DNA of 64,000 nt from an uncultured bacterium (lineage in GTDB: Bacteria; Zhuqueibacterota; QNDG01; DTFT01), in contig CAVTNR010000012.1 in assembly GCA_963736115.1 (NCBI GenBank), forward strand, positions 224,001 to 288,000, read 5' to 3'. Position 1 is the first letter of the stretch; every line of letters begins with the position of its first letter. This document shows positions 28,203 to 38,895 of this stretch, piece by piece. The translations under genes and the position numbers were made by a program. A model generated the notes under the pieces. The model was not told the DNA's origin and made no database searches. It saw only the letters and a program-made list of their open reading frames with translations.

Positions 28203-29654
28203 TTAAACCGTTCCCCTACGCTTCTCGAGCTCGCATCGGATTTCCGCGCATTTCTCCCTGGTCAGGATCAGGCGCGAAACCAGCAATATCACGGCCAGCA
28301 GGCCGGCGATCGGAATACCGGCGAGCATGGCGCGTATCCAGAATATCGTCTTCGGTGTCTGCACAGCGGCCGCGGAATTGAAACCCGCCCATCCGAGTAT
28401 GAGCCCGGACACCAGGTACCCTCCCGAATTGCCGAGCTTCAGGATGTAGGAGGAACAGGCGGTGAAGGATCCCTCGCGCCGCTTGCCCGTGTGCAGTTCG
28501 TCGTAGTCGATCACATCGGCGCCGATCGAGCTGTGTACCATCCACAATCCGGCCGAAGCCATGCCCATCAGCCCGGAAGCCACGGTCTGGAGCCACGGGA
28601 TCGCTGGATTGTACAGGAACCAGGACCCGCCGTACCCGATAATCCCGATGGAAGCAGCCGCGATCATCGCATTTTTCTTGCCGATGTGACGAGCCACCTG
28701 TGCGAGAATCGGCGCGCCGATCAGCCCGCCGACCATGAACGCGATACCCATAAAGAAATTCCAGTTATCGCCCCGTATCGTACTGCCCCCGCACACGTAA
28801 TAGACGGTCGCGTAATAGCCCAGCGCCCCGACCATGCTGGTGCCGAGCGTGAACGCGCCGCCCGCGCCGAGCATCAGCCGGAATGGCTGGCATTTCAGGG
28901 TTTCGTAGAACGCGCTCTTGATGGAAATCTTGTCCTTCATCTTGAGCACGACCTTGTCGTAATACCGCTCCTTCACCCGCATAAAGATGATCACAGCGAA
29001 CACCGCCATGAGCACGCCCAGGATGGACGTGTACACCTGCATGCCGCGCAGGGTATTCTTCCCGCTCCCGTCCGGCAGGAGGAACCAGGAGAGGTTCGTG
29101 AAGCGAAGCGCGTAAAAATTGCCCACTTCGAAGATTTTCTGCATCACGCTCCGGTAGGTCATGATGGACGTGCGCTCGTCATAATCGGGGCTCATCTCCG
29201 CGCCGAGGCTGTTGAAGGGAACCGAGAACGCGCTGACAATCGGGAAATAGATCAGGGTGGACAGCGTCATGTACCAGAACACGACCGAGGCGCCGAGAAA
29301 CGTGCGGTCGGCCCACGCGGGCGACACCGCGAACAGCAGGGGAAGGCCGAGCCCGCTGGCGATGCCGGCGAACAGGATGAAGGGCCTGCGGCGGCCGTGC
29401 CGCGACCGTAGATTGTCGGACAGCCAGCCGATGATGGGATCCATCACCGCGTCCCAGATCCGGACAATGGTCAGCGCCAGGCCGACCAGCCACGGGCTGA
29501 CCCCGAGGTAAATGTTGAACACGGCGAATGCGACCCCGGGATACAGCCACAGTCCCCACATATCCACGGCCGTTCCCAGGCCGTATGTCATTTTTGTGAC
29601 TGGGGGGATTCGGTCCGCGGCCGGGCCCTGTTTCTTCTGATCTGCCTGCTTCAT
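28203..29654 (-). CDS. GPH-family (glycoside-pentoside-hexuronide) MFS symporter
   Basis: RIWDAVMDPIIGWLSDN-RSRHGRRRPF, VPFNSLGAEMSPDYDERT, ADVIDYDELHTGKRREG. Confidence 0.9.
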   Translation of the reverse strand: MKQADQKKQGPAADRIPPVTKMTYGLGTAVDMWGLWLYPGVAFAVFNIYLGVSPWLVGLALTIVRIWDAVMDPIIGWLSDNLRSRHGRRRPFILFAGIASGLGLPLLFAVSPAWADRTFLGASVVFWYMTLSTLIYFPIVSAFSVPFNSLGAEMSPDYDERTSIMTYRSVMQKIFEVGNFYALRFTNLSWFLLPDGSGKNTLRGMQVYTSILGVLMAVFAVIIFMRVKERYYDKVVLKMKDKISIKSAFYETLKCQPFRLMLGAGGAFTLGTSMVGALGYYATVYYVCGGSTIRGDNWNFFMGIAFMVGGLIGAPILAQVARHIGKKNAMIAAASIGIIGYGGSWFLYNPAIPWLQTVASGLMGMASAGLWMVHSSIGADVIDYDELHTGKRREGSFTACSSYILKLGNSGGYLVSGLILGWAGFNSAAAVQTPKTIFWIRAMLAGIPIAGLLAVILLVSRLILTREKCAEIRCELEKRRGTV

Positions 29655-29772
29655 GGAGTCTCCCGGTTGATGGGGATGGGATGCGGATCATAACCGCATC
29701 GGCGGCATTGGGATAAAGCGGTACGGTCCTCCAGTTTTCACGGGCGGACGGGCACGCACCTGCCTCAGCGGT

Positions 29773-30390
29773 TCATTCGTTTTTCCGACTGAAAAACATC
29801 CGGAACTGAACGGTGTTTGAATACACGGCCGGCGCCCGGTCGAAAGGCTGAACCCATGCCCGGGCGGCCATGTCCATAGGCGGGTACCGGACACGGCCGT
29901 TATCGATGACGGGTTCGCCCACCAGCGTCCAGACCGGCCGGTCCCGGTCGTCCAGCCAGGTCCGGCACACTTCGGCCAGACGCAGGGAATCGCCCGGACT
30001 GAAAATCAGCAATCCGTCCCACTGTATCGCATGCGTCAGTATCTCGTCCGACCGGTTCAGCCCGATCGTGATGAAGACCGTGGCATCGTCCCGCCCCCAG
30101 ATCTGCAGTTCTCCGAGCGGCTCTCGCGTTGTGTCAGCCAGGGTCTCGTCGAACACGTTCCTGAGGTCCATGCTGAAACCGAGCCCGCCTTTTCCAGCGG
30201 AGATGTCGTCCAGGTCGCGGTGCACGGCGTCGAGGTCCGGCTGATCGGCCCTCAGAGTCAGGGTGAACACTTCGGACGGCGTCCTGTATGGCGGCAAAGA
30301 TTCCTGGCAGGCCGCAGCCGTCAGCAGAAGGGCCGCAAAGACCGGGAACGCGGCGCATGCGCGGGCAGATCCGTTCGAAGGGCCCTTCAT
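29773..30390 (-). CDS. Hypothetical lipoprotein
   Basis: Hydrophobic stretch plus lipobox-like TAAAC; ATG overlaps the TBDR stop. Confidence 0.65.
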   Translation of the reverse strand: MKGPSNGSARACAAFPVFAALLLTAAACQESLPPYRTPSEVFTLTLRADQPDLDAVHRDLDDISAGKGGLGFSMDLRNVFDETLADTTREPLGELQIWGRDDATVFITIGLNRSDEILTHAIQWDGLLIFSPGDSLRLAEVCRTWLDDRDRPVWTLVGEPVIDNGRVRYPPMDMAARAWVQPFDRAPAVYSNTVQFRMFFSRKNE

Positions 30391-32991
30391 TTGAACTCCA
30401 CCCTCAGGCCGGCCCGCACGCGCCGCGGCGCGCAGAATCCGGACGGGTCGTCCAGTTCTCCGCCCACGCGGCCGGATGCGTCCATCCACACGATGTTTCT
30501 CTCGTTGAACACATTCCTCCCGTCCGCGTAGAAGACGACTGCGGACGGCAGCCGGACGCCGGTCCGTACCGTCCACGAGGCCTTGACGTTCACCATGCGC
30601 CACGATCGCATCCGCCTGTTGTTCGGCACGAAAGGCCGGTCCGGATCATCCGGCGTGAAACCGTCGGCCGACGGATACCGGGTGTACGGCAGGGGCGAGT
30701 GGAACTCCGCGAACACGCCCGCCTCCAGGCCGTGTCCGGGCGTCAGGTCGAGACCGGCCTTGAAGGTATGGCGCTGGTCCCAGGACAGCGGATAGAGCCG
30801 GGTCGCTGGCGGAAACCCCCATTCAAAGTATTGGATTCCGTTGTTCTCCGAGCCGCCGATGCCCTCGGCCGTCATATATGTGTAGGATAAGTTTCCATTG
30901 AGGCGCCGGCCGCGTTCGCGGCTGAGGCTGATTTCAACTCCGGACGCCTCGGTTCTGTCGTTGTTCACATATTCCGCGAAACCGTAATCGCCGAGCATAC
31001 GGCTGTTGGTCGGGATGAATGTTCGGGTGTCCACCTGGTTGCGTGACTGCTTGGAATAAACCGTCAGGGACAGCACTCCGGCCGGCGGCACCGACCATTT
31101 CAGCCCGGCCTCCCAGACCTGGTTCGTTTCGGGTTTCAGATCCGGATTGCCTTTGATGACGCTCATGCCGTTCCGCAGGGTGCGGTTGTCAAGACCGGCG
31201 TAGAGATAGTGGAAGGCGGGGAATTGGGCGTACCAGCCGAGATTGCTGAACAGCTGAAGCCTCGGCGACAGCGGCGCCGTGAATCCGGCCCTGGGGCTCA
31301 CCACGGACTTGAATGAAGCGGGCACGCGGCGGCTGACCCGGCCCTCATACTCGTCCGGCTTCACCGGAATCCATTCCACCATGGGCCGGTCAGCTCTGGG
31401 ATCGAGAAAATCCCAGCGCACGCCCGCGCTGATCAACCCGCCCTCGCGCGTCAGCTCGTACCGGTTCTGCAGGAACAGGCTCCCGGACACGGGCGCTGTG
31501 GAGTAGCGCGTGCTGAAATCGAGCGGCGGCCGGTCCGGCAGGGGCCGTCCGTAAAAGGTCGTCTGCGGTTCGGTCTTGGACCAGTCTCCGCGGATGCCGT
31601 GGAAACGGATTTCGAACCCGGTCTTGACCAGCGAATGGTCGTTGATCTGGCTGGTCGCGGTTCCGCGCACGATGCCGATTTCCTGGCGGTCGTCCGCGCG
31701 CCAGGCACGTCCGCCGGAGATCACATACTGGAGAAAAAAGTCGTAGCCATAGGGCACCGCGTCCGCAATCCACGCGTCGCTTCCGATGCGGCTTCTCATC
31801 CGGCAGTAGTTGAAATCGAGATTCAGCACCGTGTTTTTCGAAAGGACGAGAGAGAAGAGCAAGGCCGCCCAGGCCGCGTCCCGGTTCCGCGGGGGCAGGC
31901 CGTCGAGGTTGTACCGCCAGCTGAACTCGTAATCGCGCCACTCCCGGGTCGACGCCAGCGCCTGGCCGGAGACGCGCAGGGCCGGGCCGAACCGTCCGTC
32001 CAGCCGGATGAAGCCGGAGGCGTCCTTCGAAACCAGGGCCGCTGAAAAAATTGCGGAAATCCTGCCACCAGCGGGTGCCGCTCCGGTTCAACTCCGCGGC
32101 CGCGAAATAATGGAAACGGTCGCGGACCGCGGGACCGCCCGCGGACGCCTCGAGGCGCGAGGCCCTGTCCTTCTGCGTGATCCCCCGGAAATCATCGGTC
32201 TCGCCCGATGCGGCCGCGTCGAACCGGTTCGCCCCGCTCCGCGTGATGACGTTCACCACGCCGGACAGGGCGTTGCCGTATTCCGATTCGAACCCGCCGG
32301 TCTGTATCTCCATCTGCCCGACCGCTGCGCGGGGGATGCGTATTCCCGTCTCGCCGGACATCATGTCGCGCATGGGAAGCCCGTTCATCAGGACGAGCAC
32401 CTCGTTCTCCCGGCCTCCCCGGACGTGGCCCGAACCGGTGACTCCGGGCAGAGTGGGCAGAACGTCCAGAAAAGCGCTCACGGGCATCCGGTCGAAGCGG
32501 TCCCCCGCCACGCGCACCGCGCTTCCGGTGATGTCCTTCTGAATGGCCGGGGGCTCGGCCTTCACCTCGACCGGATCGAGGAGTATGGCCGCGGGCTCGA
32601 GGGCCGTTCCGTCGAGCCTTGTCCTCAGGTCGGGCCGCACCGTCACACCGGTGACACGCAGGATGCGGTACCCCACGATCCGGAACCGGACCGTCACATC
32701 GCCCGGGGGCACGTCCAGGATACGGAAACGGCCGGTTGCGTCCGTGACCGCGCCGAGCGGTGTTCCTTCCACCAGAACGTTGACACCGGGCAGGGGACCG
32801 CCGTTTTCCGCGTCTCGCACCGAACCCTCGAGTATGCCGGAGGTACCCGCGGACAACCGGGACGGGATGAACAGGAGAAGGCATAGGACGAGGGCTGCTC
32901 CCGGAATACAGGAATACCGGGAAGCGGGTTTTTGGATGGAATCAGCAGGGAGTGTCCGACAGGACATTGGCATATTTAATATACGCTTCAT
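30387..32991 (-). pseudogene. TonB-dependent receptor, frameshifted near 32035
   Basis: Carboxypeptidase-reg domain (PLPGVNV), plug (HVRGGRENEV, GGFESEYGNALSGVVN), barrel (SPRAG, GNPDLKPE, WDQRHT, PRRVRAGLRVEF); split across two frames. Confidence 0.82.
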
Positions 32992-33066
32992 GTCCGAAAA
33001 TCCAAAAGGGAATTATAAAAAAGAACCTCCCGAAGGAGGTTCTAAGGCCGAGGTGCATTGCATCTT

Positions 33067-33105
33067 TAAATGTACCGGGCGCCTGTGAGGTGCCCGGTAC
33101 ATTTA
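33067..33105. terminator. Long hairpin downstream of the beta-helix gene
   Basis: TAAATGTACCGGGCGCCT-GTG-AGGTGCCCGGTACATTTA. Confidence 0.65.
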
Positions 33106-33112
33106 GCCCCGC

Positions 33113-34933
33113 TTATTTCCCCGGCTGATACGCGCCCGGGACAGGAGTCTTACCTCTTTTCGTGCCTGTCAATTTCAGGATGTTTTCCGGGATACGGACG
33201 CCGGTCGGAAAAAGTGCTTTCGGGACAGGACGGAAATTCCCCAGGTCCGGACTCATGAAAACCGATCCGAGGTCCGAAACCATCAGCCGGCCGTGCGCCT
33301 CCATCCCGGAAACCGCTCGGGCCGCCTCGGCGGGCGTCACGAATCCCGTGCTGCAGTCCTTTTCGGCCGCGGGCGCCCAGAGGATCAGCGTATCGCGCTC
33401 CGCGCCCGGCGCGCGCACATAGACATTTCCGTCCACGGACGATGCCTGCGGCTTGTCGAGCTTGCCGCACAGGACCGCGGCCTGTTCGAACCGGAGCAGG
33501 GGATCGCGGTATCCGGGACCCGCGGCCAGCACATTATTCTCGAAGATGTGGCCGTCGCGCTTGTCCACGTCCGGGCCGGTGGCCGGGTGCCACCCGAAAT
33601 GGTCTCCGACCGCGCTTCGCTCGGTGCGCTGAAACTTCGCGGGCGCGTTGATGAAGGTGTTGCCGGTCACTGTGACGTTCGAGCTGTTGAGCACGAATAC
33701 ACCGTTGGCGCAGTCCTTGAACACGTTGCCTGCGCACACGGCATTCTTGGAGATTTCGAAAAAGAAGCCGTTGACCGCGCCCTGCACCCAGTTGTTCACG
33801 AACACGCCGTCCACGTTGCCGACGTCGTACCAGATCCCCTCCGAATTGGGCTGTTCCAGGACGAGATTGTCGCGGCACACGGTGCGGTAACATTGGTTGA
33901 ATATTTTCACGGCCGCGGGATAGTAACCCGTGATCCGCTCGATGTTGTTGCGCATGATGATGTTCCGCTCGAGCAGGCAGTCCGCCGACCCGATGAGATA
34001 GAGGCCCTCGGTGCTGGTGTCGCTGATCCGGCAGTTGCGGAACGTCGTTCGGTCGCCGTGGAAGTACCCGGCCACGCGGGAGCAGAAGGTGATGGTCACA
34101 TCCTCCAGCGTGGTGCCGATCACGTCCTTGCCGAACGTGGACGGATCAGCCGGGCCCACGGCTTCCTTGCCCTGCACCTCGAGCGCGAGCCTGGCGTACC
34201 GGGTGAAGGTGATGCCGCGGATAAGCGGGCCCTTCCCGTCCGACTTCTTTCCGTGGCAATCGCCGGGAACCCGGATGAGCGCGTCGTCGAAGGCCGTGAT
34301 TTCCACCGTTTTGCCTGAGGGGTCGACGCCGATATACACGTTCCCCTTCTCGTAGTCGATGGAGAACGAGTGCTCATCCAGTTCGCCCTCCCATCCCTTC
34401 TGCTGGAGCATGACGCCGTCGACAAACACCATGTCGTTGTTGAACCGGTACAGCGGGGTGCGCATGCCCTCGCGGTGCCGCCGCCACCAGTCGTCCGGTT
34501 TGGCGGGAAACAGCGTGGGCCACGAGGTCCGCCACGTCTTGTCCCGCTGGGCTTCCCACTGGTCCGCCACATGCGTGCCCTTGAGCACCGGGACTTCGTC
34601 CCGGTACGGCTGCATCGTAATGCCCTGGTTCAGTCGCAGTCCGCCTGTGCGGTACGTGCCGCCCCGCAGGATGACCGCGTCGCCTGTGACGACCTTCTCG
34701 AACGCCGCATGGAGAGTCGTGGGTTTGTCCGGCGTCAGGCCGGGGTCTTCCGCTTTGCCGTCCGTCGCGACATAGTAGACATGGGCCGCGTTCTTCGGGA
34801 CCTCGTAGAATTTCCGGACCGGTCCGTACGGTCCGCCCGAGGGCTGGGCCTGGGCGAGGAGGGGAAAGAACGCCAGGGAAACGAGGAGGCAGCGTGCCGG
34901 GCGCTTCCGCGCAGAAACCAAGTGAGAATACAT
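33113..34933 (-). CDS. Secreted right-handed parallel beta-helix protein (pectate lyase-like fold)
   Basis: Signal peptide, YYVATDG, GDAVILRGGTYR, GIWYDVGN, GFFFEIS Asn-ladder repeats; AAAGGAG RBS; TTGACT-16-TACATT upstream. Confidence 0.8.
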   Translation of the reverse strand: MYSHLVSARKRPARCLLVSLAFFPLLAQAQPSGGPYGPVRKFYEVPKNAAHVYYVATDGKAEDPGLTPDKPTTLHAAFEKVVTGDAVILRGGTYRTGGLRLNQGITMQPYRDEVPVLKGTHVADQWEAQRDKTWRTSWPTLFPAKPDDWWRRHREGMRTPLYRFNNDMVFVDGVMLQQKGWEGELDEHSFSIDYEKGNVYIGVDPSGKTVEITAFDDALIRVPGDCHGKKSDGKGPLIRGITFTRYARLALEVQGKEAVGPADPSTFGKDVIGTTLEDVTITFCSRVAGYFHGDRTTFRNCRISDTSTEGLYLIGSADCLLERNIIMRNNIERITGYYPAAVKIFNQCYRTVCRDNLVLEQPNSEGIWYDVGNVDGVFVNNWVQGAVNGFFFEISKNAVCAGNVFKDCANGVFVLNSSNVTVTGNTFINAPAKFQRTERSAVGDHFGWHPATGPDVDKRDGHIFENNVLAAGPGYRDPLLRFEQAAVLCGKLDKPQASSVDGNVYVRAPGAERDTLILWAPAAEKDCSTGFVTPAEAARAVSGMEAHGRLMVSDLGSVFMSPDLGNFRPVPKALFPTGVRIPENILKLTGTKRGKTPVPGAYQPGK

Positions 34934-35081
34934 AGCATCTCCTTTCATATTACCTCTGCGCTGAGGGGGAATAACCAACTAATGTAATAGAATCACAAGA
35001 GGAGTCAAGTAAAAAACGGTCATAATTCGCCACGTGGGAATTCCTGCTCCGGTGTCTGATGAAATCGAACTATAGTCAGTT

Positions 35082-35148
35082 GTAGGTCCGATATGCCGAG
35101 CATCCCCGGATCAAGTCCGGGGCAAGCTTTTCAGCGAGGCTATCGGAC
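35082..35148. repeat. GTAG-GTCCGA REP-like element with an inserted palindrome
   Basis: Matches 9451-9494 but carries CCCCGGATCAAGTCCGGGG in its loop. Confidence 0.75.
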
Positions 35149-35189
35149 ACCTCCTTTACCCGGCGCCTCCGGAATAACCGAACACATCA

Positions 35190-37304
35190 TTACCTCGCCA
35201 GCACCACCTTCCGCGTGACAGCGAAAGACCCCGCCTCCAGCCGGATCAGGTAAACTCCGGAAGGCAACCCCTCGGCGTTCCAGACCACGGTCGCCTTCGG
35301 CCGTTCCGGTTCCCCCGCTTCGAGTTCGCAAACCCGGTGGCCTTTCATGTCATAAACGGAAAGCCGGACATTCCCCTCCAAGACCGGCAGTTCATATCCC
35401 AGCCGCACCGTTGAATTGAACGGATTCGGATAGGCGTACAGCCGGAGCATCCCGGCTATGGATCCGGACGCCTCGAACTCCGGATGAATCGCGGTGATCC
35501 CATGCGCTGTATCGAAACGTTCACGGGCCGGAAGGCGGTGCAGTTTGACTTCGTCCGAGGGATCGACCCAGGGCCAGGCTCCGGTCCTCGAAGAATCCGG
35601 GTCTGCCGGAGAGGTACAGCGAATTCGGGAGGTCATGGTCCGGTATGGAATCATCCCATTTCACTTCTCGCGTGACATAATCGAAATTCCCGTGCCGGAT
35701 GACCGTGGACAGAACCTTGGGATCCGCAGGCCCCCACTCCTGCCCCACGCCCAGTTTCCACAATCCGACCGGGTCGCTGTCCCACGGGAAGAAAGTCTCG
35801 TAGGCGTACGAGGAATACGGGGCAGGATCCATTGTCTCCGTTCCGAGGACGTTCCCTTCGAAGGTATACCACCAGTGCCCGGCTGCCAGGCTTGCGGCGC
35901 GCGGGAATCCCTCGTCCGTCAATCGGAGAGGAGGAATGGATCGGCGCTTCCCGGTCAGGTGGTTGCGGAACACGGTGATGAAGATGGAATTGCCCCACGT
36001 GCTTTCGCCGTCGAAATTGAAGGCCTGGTTCCCTTCGAACAGCTCATAGTGGGGCGTTGTCATGTGGCTCGCGTTGGCTCCGGACTCCACCCAGCTCGGC
36101 TGGTATTCGATCCACCCGTCCTCGAAGTAATTGTAGCCGATGACGTTCCCTCCGCCCGTGGAACGCATGACCATGACCTTGTTCGCGTTCCAGAACGCGT
36201 TGTTCTCGACGAGGTTGTCCGCGGAGCCGCGGGACAGGCTGAGCAGATACCCGCCGCCGCCGGGGTTCGGATTGTCGCTGGTGTGGATGTAGGAGTCCCG
36301 GATCTCGCACCGGAAACAGCTCGTGAGGTCTATGCTCGATCCGTCCGTGTGGCTGCTTTCGACGTTTTTCACCCAGCAAAAGACGCACACTTCGAGTTGG
36401 ATGTTTCCCGCGCTTCCCTTTTCCAGATACAGGTCCTCGACACCGGACCATTTCGTGGCTGGCCTGGGATCCGGGCCCCTCCAGTCCTCGCCGAAACGGG
36501 AAAGCTGGGCGTGGAAGGCGGTCCGGAACGCGATATGGAGCGGGGTCGTGAAGGAGACGGACGTCCCGCTCACGGACTCCACCTCCATCACCTGGGAGAT
36601 GGGCCGGTTCATTCGGCAGAACCAGGCGCGGGAATCGTCCCCTGCCGGGGAATCCTGGCTCCATTCGGTGAGTTCCGGATCGGTTTCCTCGTCAAGCAGA
36701 ACGAGCTCCCCCGCGGTCAGGGGCGGATCCGGCGGGGTTGCGAGCTGTATGGATCGGCTTCCCTTCGCGCCGGTCTCGGCCAATGGATAGGAGACGTCCA
36801 TCAGCTTGTCGCCTGACCAGCGGTTGCCGATGACGATCACGGGAACCCAGTTGATTTCAGGATTTTTGAGAAGCCGCGTCCGGTCCGGGCCTGAACCCCG
36901 CAGTGTAATTCCGGACCGGTCCATCAGAAGTCCTTCTGAGGAAATATGGAAGTCCCCGGGTCCAAGAAGGACGACCTGGTTTTCCGGACACTATCCAGTG
37001 CGTCCTGTATGGCGGGCGTGTCGTCTCCGCCTCCCGGGGTGAGCATGCGGAAAACCGTGGTCCGATGCGGAATCCCGCCAACCGCGGTCAGGCCGGGGTT
37101 CCATTCAGCGAGACGATCCGGAGGGATTGTCCCGGAATAGCCGTTCGGGCGGCAAATCAGGACAGAAAGCCAAAGGATGATCGATTTCCAGGGAAAAATA
37201 GAAGAGGACACGAACTGCTCCCGTTTACAGTCGGGATGAATTAATCTTTTCGCGTCAGTGGGTAAAACGGCCGATGAGGAGATGGATGGAGAGTGGTTAT
37301 TCAA
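35190..37304 (-). pseudogene. Secreted beta-helix (pectin lyase-like) protein with T9SS-type C-terminal domain; two frameshifts (~36991, ~35579)
   Basis: WNPGLTAVGGIP...DDTPAIQDALD, then CPENQVVLLGPG/SGITLRGSG...LPNSLYL, then WPWVDP...YPNPFN...LPSGVYLIRL in three successive frames. Confidence 0.75.
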
Positions 37305-37335
37305 ATTATTGACTTCACCCTAAAATCGGTCATCC

Positions 37336-38001
37336 TTAATGACTGCCTGCCCACCGCACCACCCGCCACCGCTTCCTCCCCGCCTCCCGTTTCAGTCCGG
37401 CCCTGGGGTTCACGGCCACGGCCGTGCCGAAGAGACGCATGTGATCCGCGTCCGTGGCGTCGTTCGCGAACACGACGGACTTCATGAAATCCAGTTCCAG
37501 TTCCGCAGCCTTCTCTTTAAGAATCGCGGTTTTCGCGGGTCCGTACAGATGTTCGCCCACGACTTTACCGGAAAACCGTCCGTTTTCGGTTTCGAGCACG
37601 GTGCCGATGGCCGCGTCCGCGCCGATGGCCAGGGCCAGGGGATGGAGCATGAAATCGGGGGCGCCGCTGAATAGCAGGATCCGGAACCCCTTGCGTCGCA
37701 GTCCCTCCATCTCCTCGCGGGCCGCGGAAGGGATCCGTGGAACCACGACCCGCCGGACCATTTCCTCCGAGAACGCGGACAGATCCCGCTCCCGGAGACC
37801 CCTGAAATAGTCCTTGTTCCGGAGCAATCCGGGAATCCCCGCCCGCGCCAAGTCCCGCAATCCGGACAGTAGGAAGCGGGTCAGCATGGATGCTGTGACG
37901 ACTCCGGATTCCACGAGCCGCCGCACCGCCATCCTTTCCATGGACGTTCCAGGCAGAAGCGTGCCGTCCACGTCGAACACGGCCCAGCGCACGGCCGTCA
38001 A
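37336..38001 (-). CDS. HAD-IB family phosphatase
   Basis: FDVDGTL motif I, FSGA motif II, K, ANDATD motif IV, AVNP. Confidence 0.85.
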   Translation of the reverse strand: MTAVRWAVFDVDGTLLPGTSMERMAVRRLVESGVVTASMLTRFLLSGLRDLARAGIPGLLRNKDYFRGLRERDLSAFSEEMVRRVVVPRIPSAAREEMEGLRRKGFRILLFSGAPDFMLHPLALAIGADAAIGTVLETENGRFSGKVVGEHLYGPAKTAILKEKAAELELDFMKSVVFANDATDADHMRLFGTAVAVNPRAGLKREAGRKRWRVVRWAGSH

Positions 38002-38654
38002 CCCTCCTTTTTCATGTCACGGGGAAGGTACTTGTCGAACAGGTAATACCGGCCGTCCCAGAGAACCGGGAGTCCGCGGATCAGGTTCAACGCCACCATG
38101 ATCCAGACGAGGATCTGCGTGAATGCGGAAAGGTGCTGCACCTGTTCGGCTGACAGCCATCGGATTCCCTGCTCGAATCCGGCCCGGAACGCATAGATGA
38201 GACCGAGCAGGACGAAAGCCAGAATTTTCGATACTCCGTACACGGCCCTGCTGAAACGCGATGCCGTGAGAAAACGCGTGACCGGCGACTTCATCATGGT
38301 GTTCCGTCCGAATGGCGTCTTGCCCTCGCGGGAAAAGGCCACAGTCCGAAGCGTGTCCACGAGAAAGCTCCGCGTCACGAAAACGATGGGCACCCAGACC
38401 GAGACGAGTCCCACGACGGAGTAATAGATCAGGTAGATGTGTTCGACGATGCGGTCACCGGTGATGTCGAACAGCGCGCCCACGTCGCTGGCCTGCTTGA
38501 GCTTGCGCGCCACGTATCCGTCGAGCGAATCCAGATAAATGACCAGTATCGTCAGGGCCACGGCTGCGATGCGCCACCAGAAACCCAGATTGAAGATGAC
38601 GACCACGCCGAGGGCCAGAAAGATACGGCCGATGGTGATCAGGTTGGGATACAT
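37998..38654 (-). CDS. CDP-alcohol phosphatidyltransferase (PgsA-like)
   Basis: PNLITIGR, DSLDGYVARKLKQASDVGALFDITGDR signature. Confidence 0.88.
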   Translation of the reverse strand: MYPNLITIGRIFLALGVVVIFNLGFWWRIAAVALTILVIYLDSLDGYVARKLKQASDVGALFDITGDRIVEHIYLIYYSVVGLVSVWVPIVFVTRSFLVDTLRTVAFSREGKTPFGRNTMMKSPVTRFLTASRFSRAVYGVSKILAFVLLGLIYAFRAGFEQGIRWLSAEQVQHLSAFTQILVWIMVALNLIRGLPVLWDGRYYLFDKYLPRDMKKEG

Positions 38655-38717
38655 TTTTTTACCCTTTTATTTTCTTGGGATCGATCTCAGTCTGTTCGGT
38701 GATTTGAATCCATCTTG

Positions 38718-38856
38718 AGTCCCGGGTTCCGAGTTCCGGGTTCCGGATTGTAGGTCCGAAATGCCGAGGCCCGCGTGAGCGGGACGAGGCTTTCGGACCT
38801 ACATCTGGATCCCCGTCCGCTGACGCGGATGAAAAAACACTTCCGCGGGGATGACA
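38718..38856. repeat. Heptamer repeat plus two nested REP-like elements
   Basis: (CCGGGTT)-like run; GTAGGTCCGAAA...TTTCGGACCTAC 38750-38802; TGGATCCCCG...CGGGGATGACA 38806-38856, near-identical to 9640-9691. Confidence 0.8.
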
Positions 38857-38895
38857 TTGATTTTGATAATATCCAAACCGTCTATTTCCCACACA

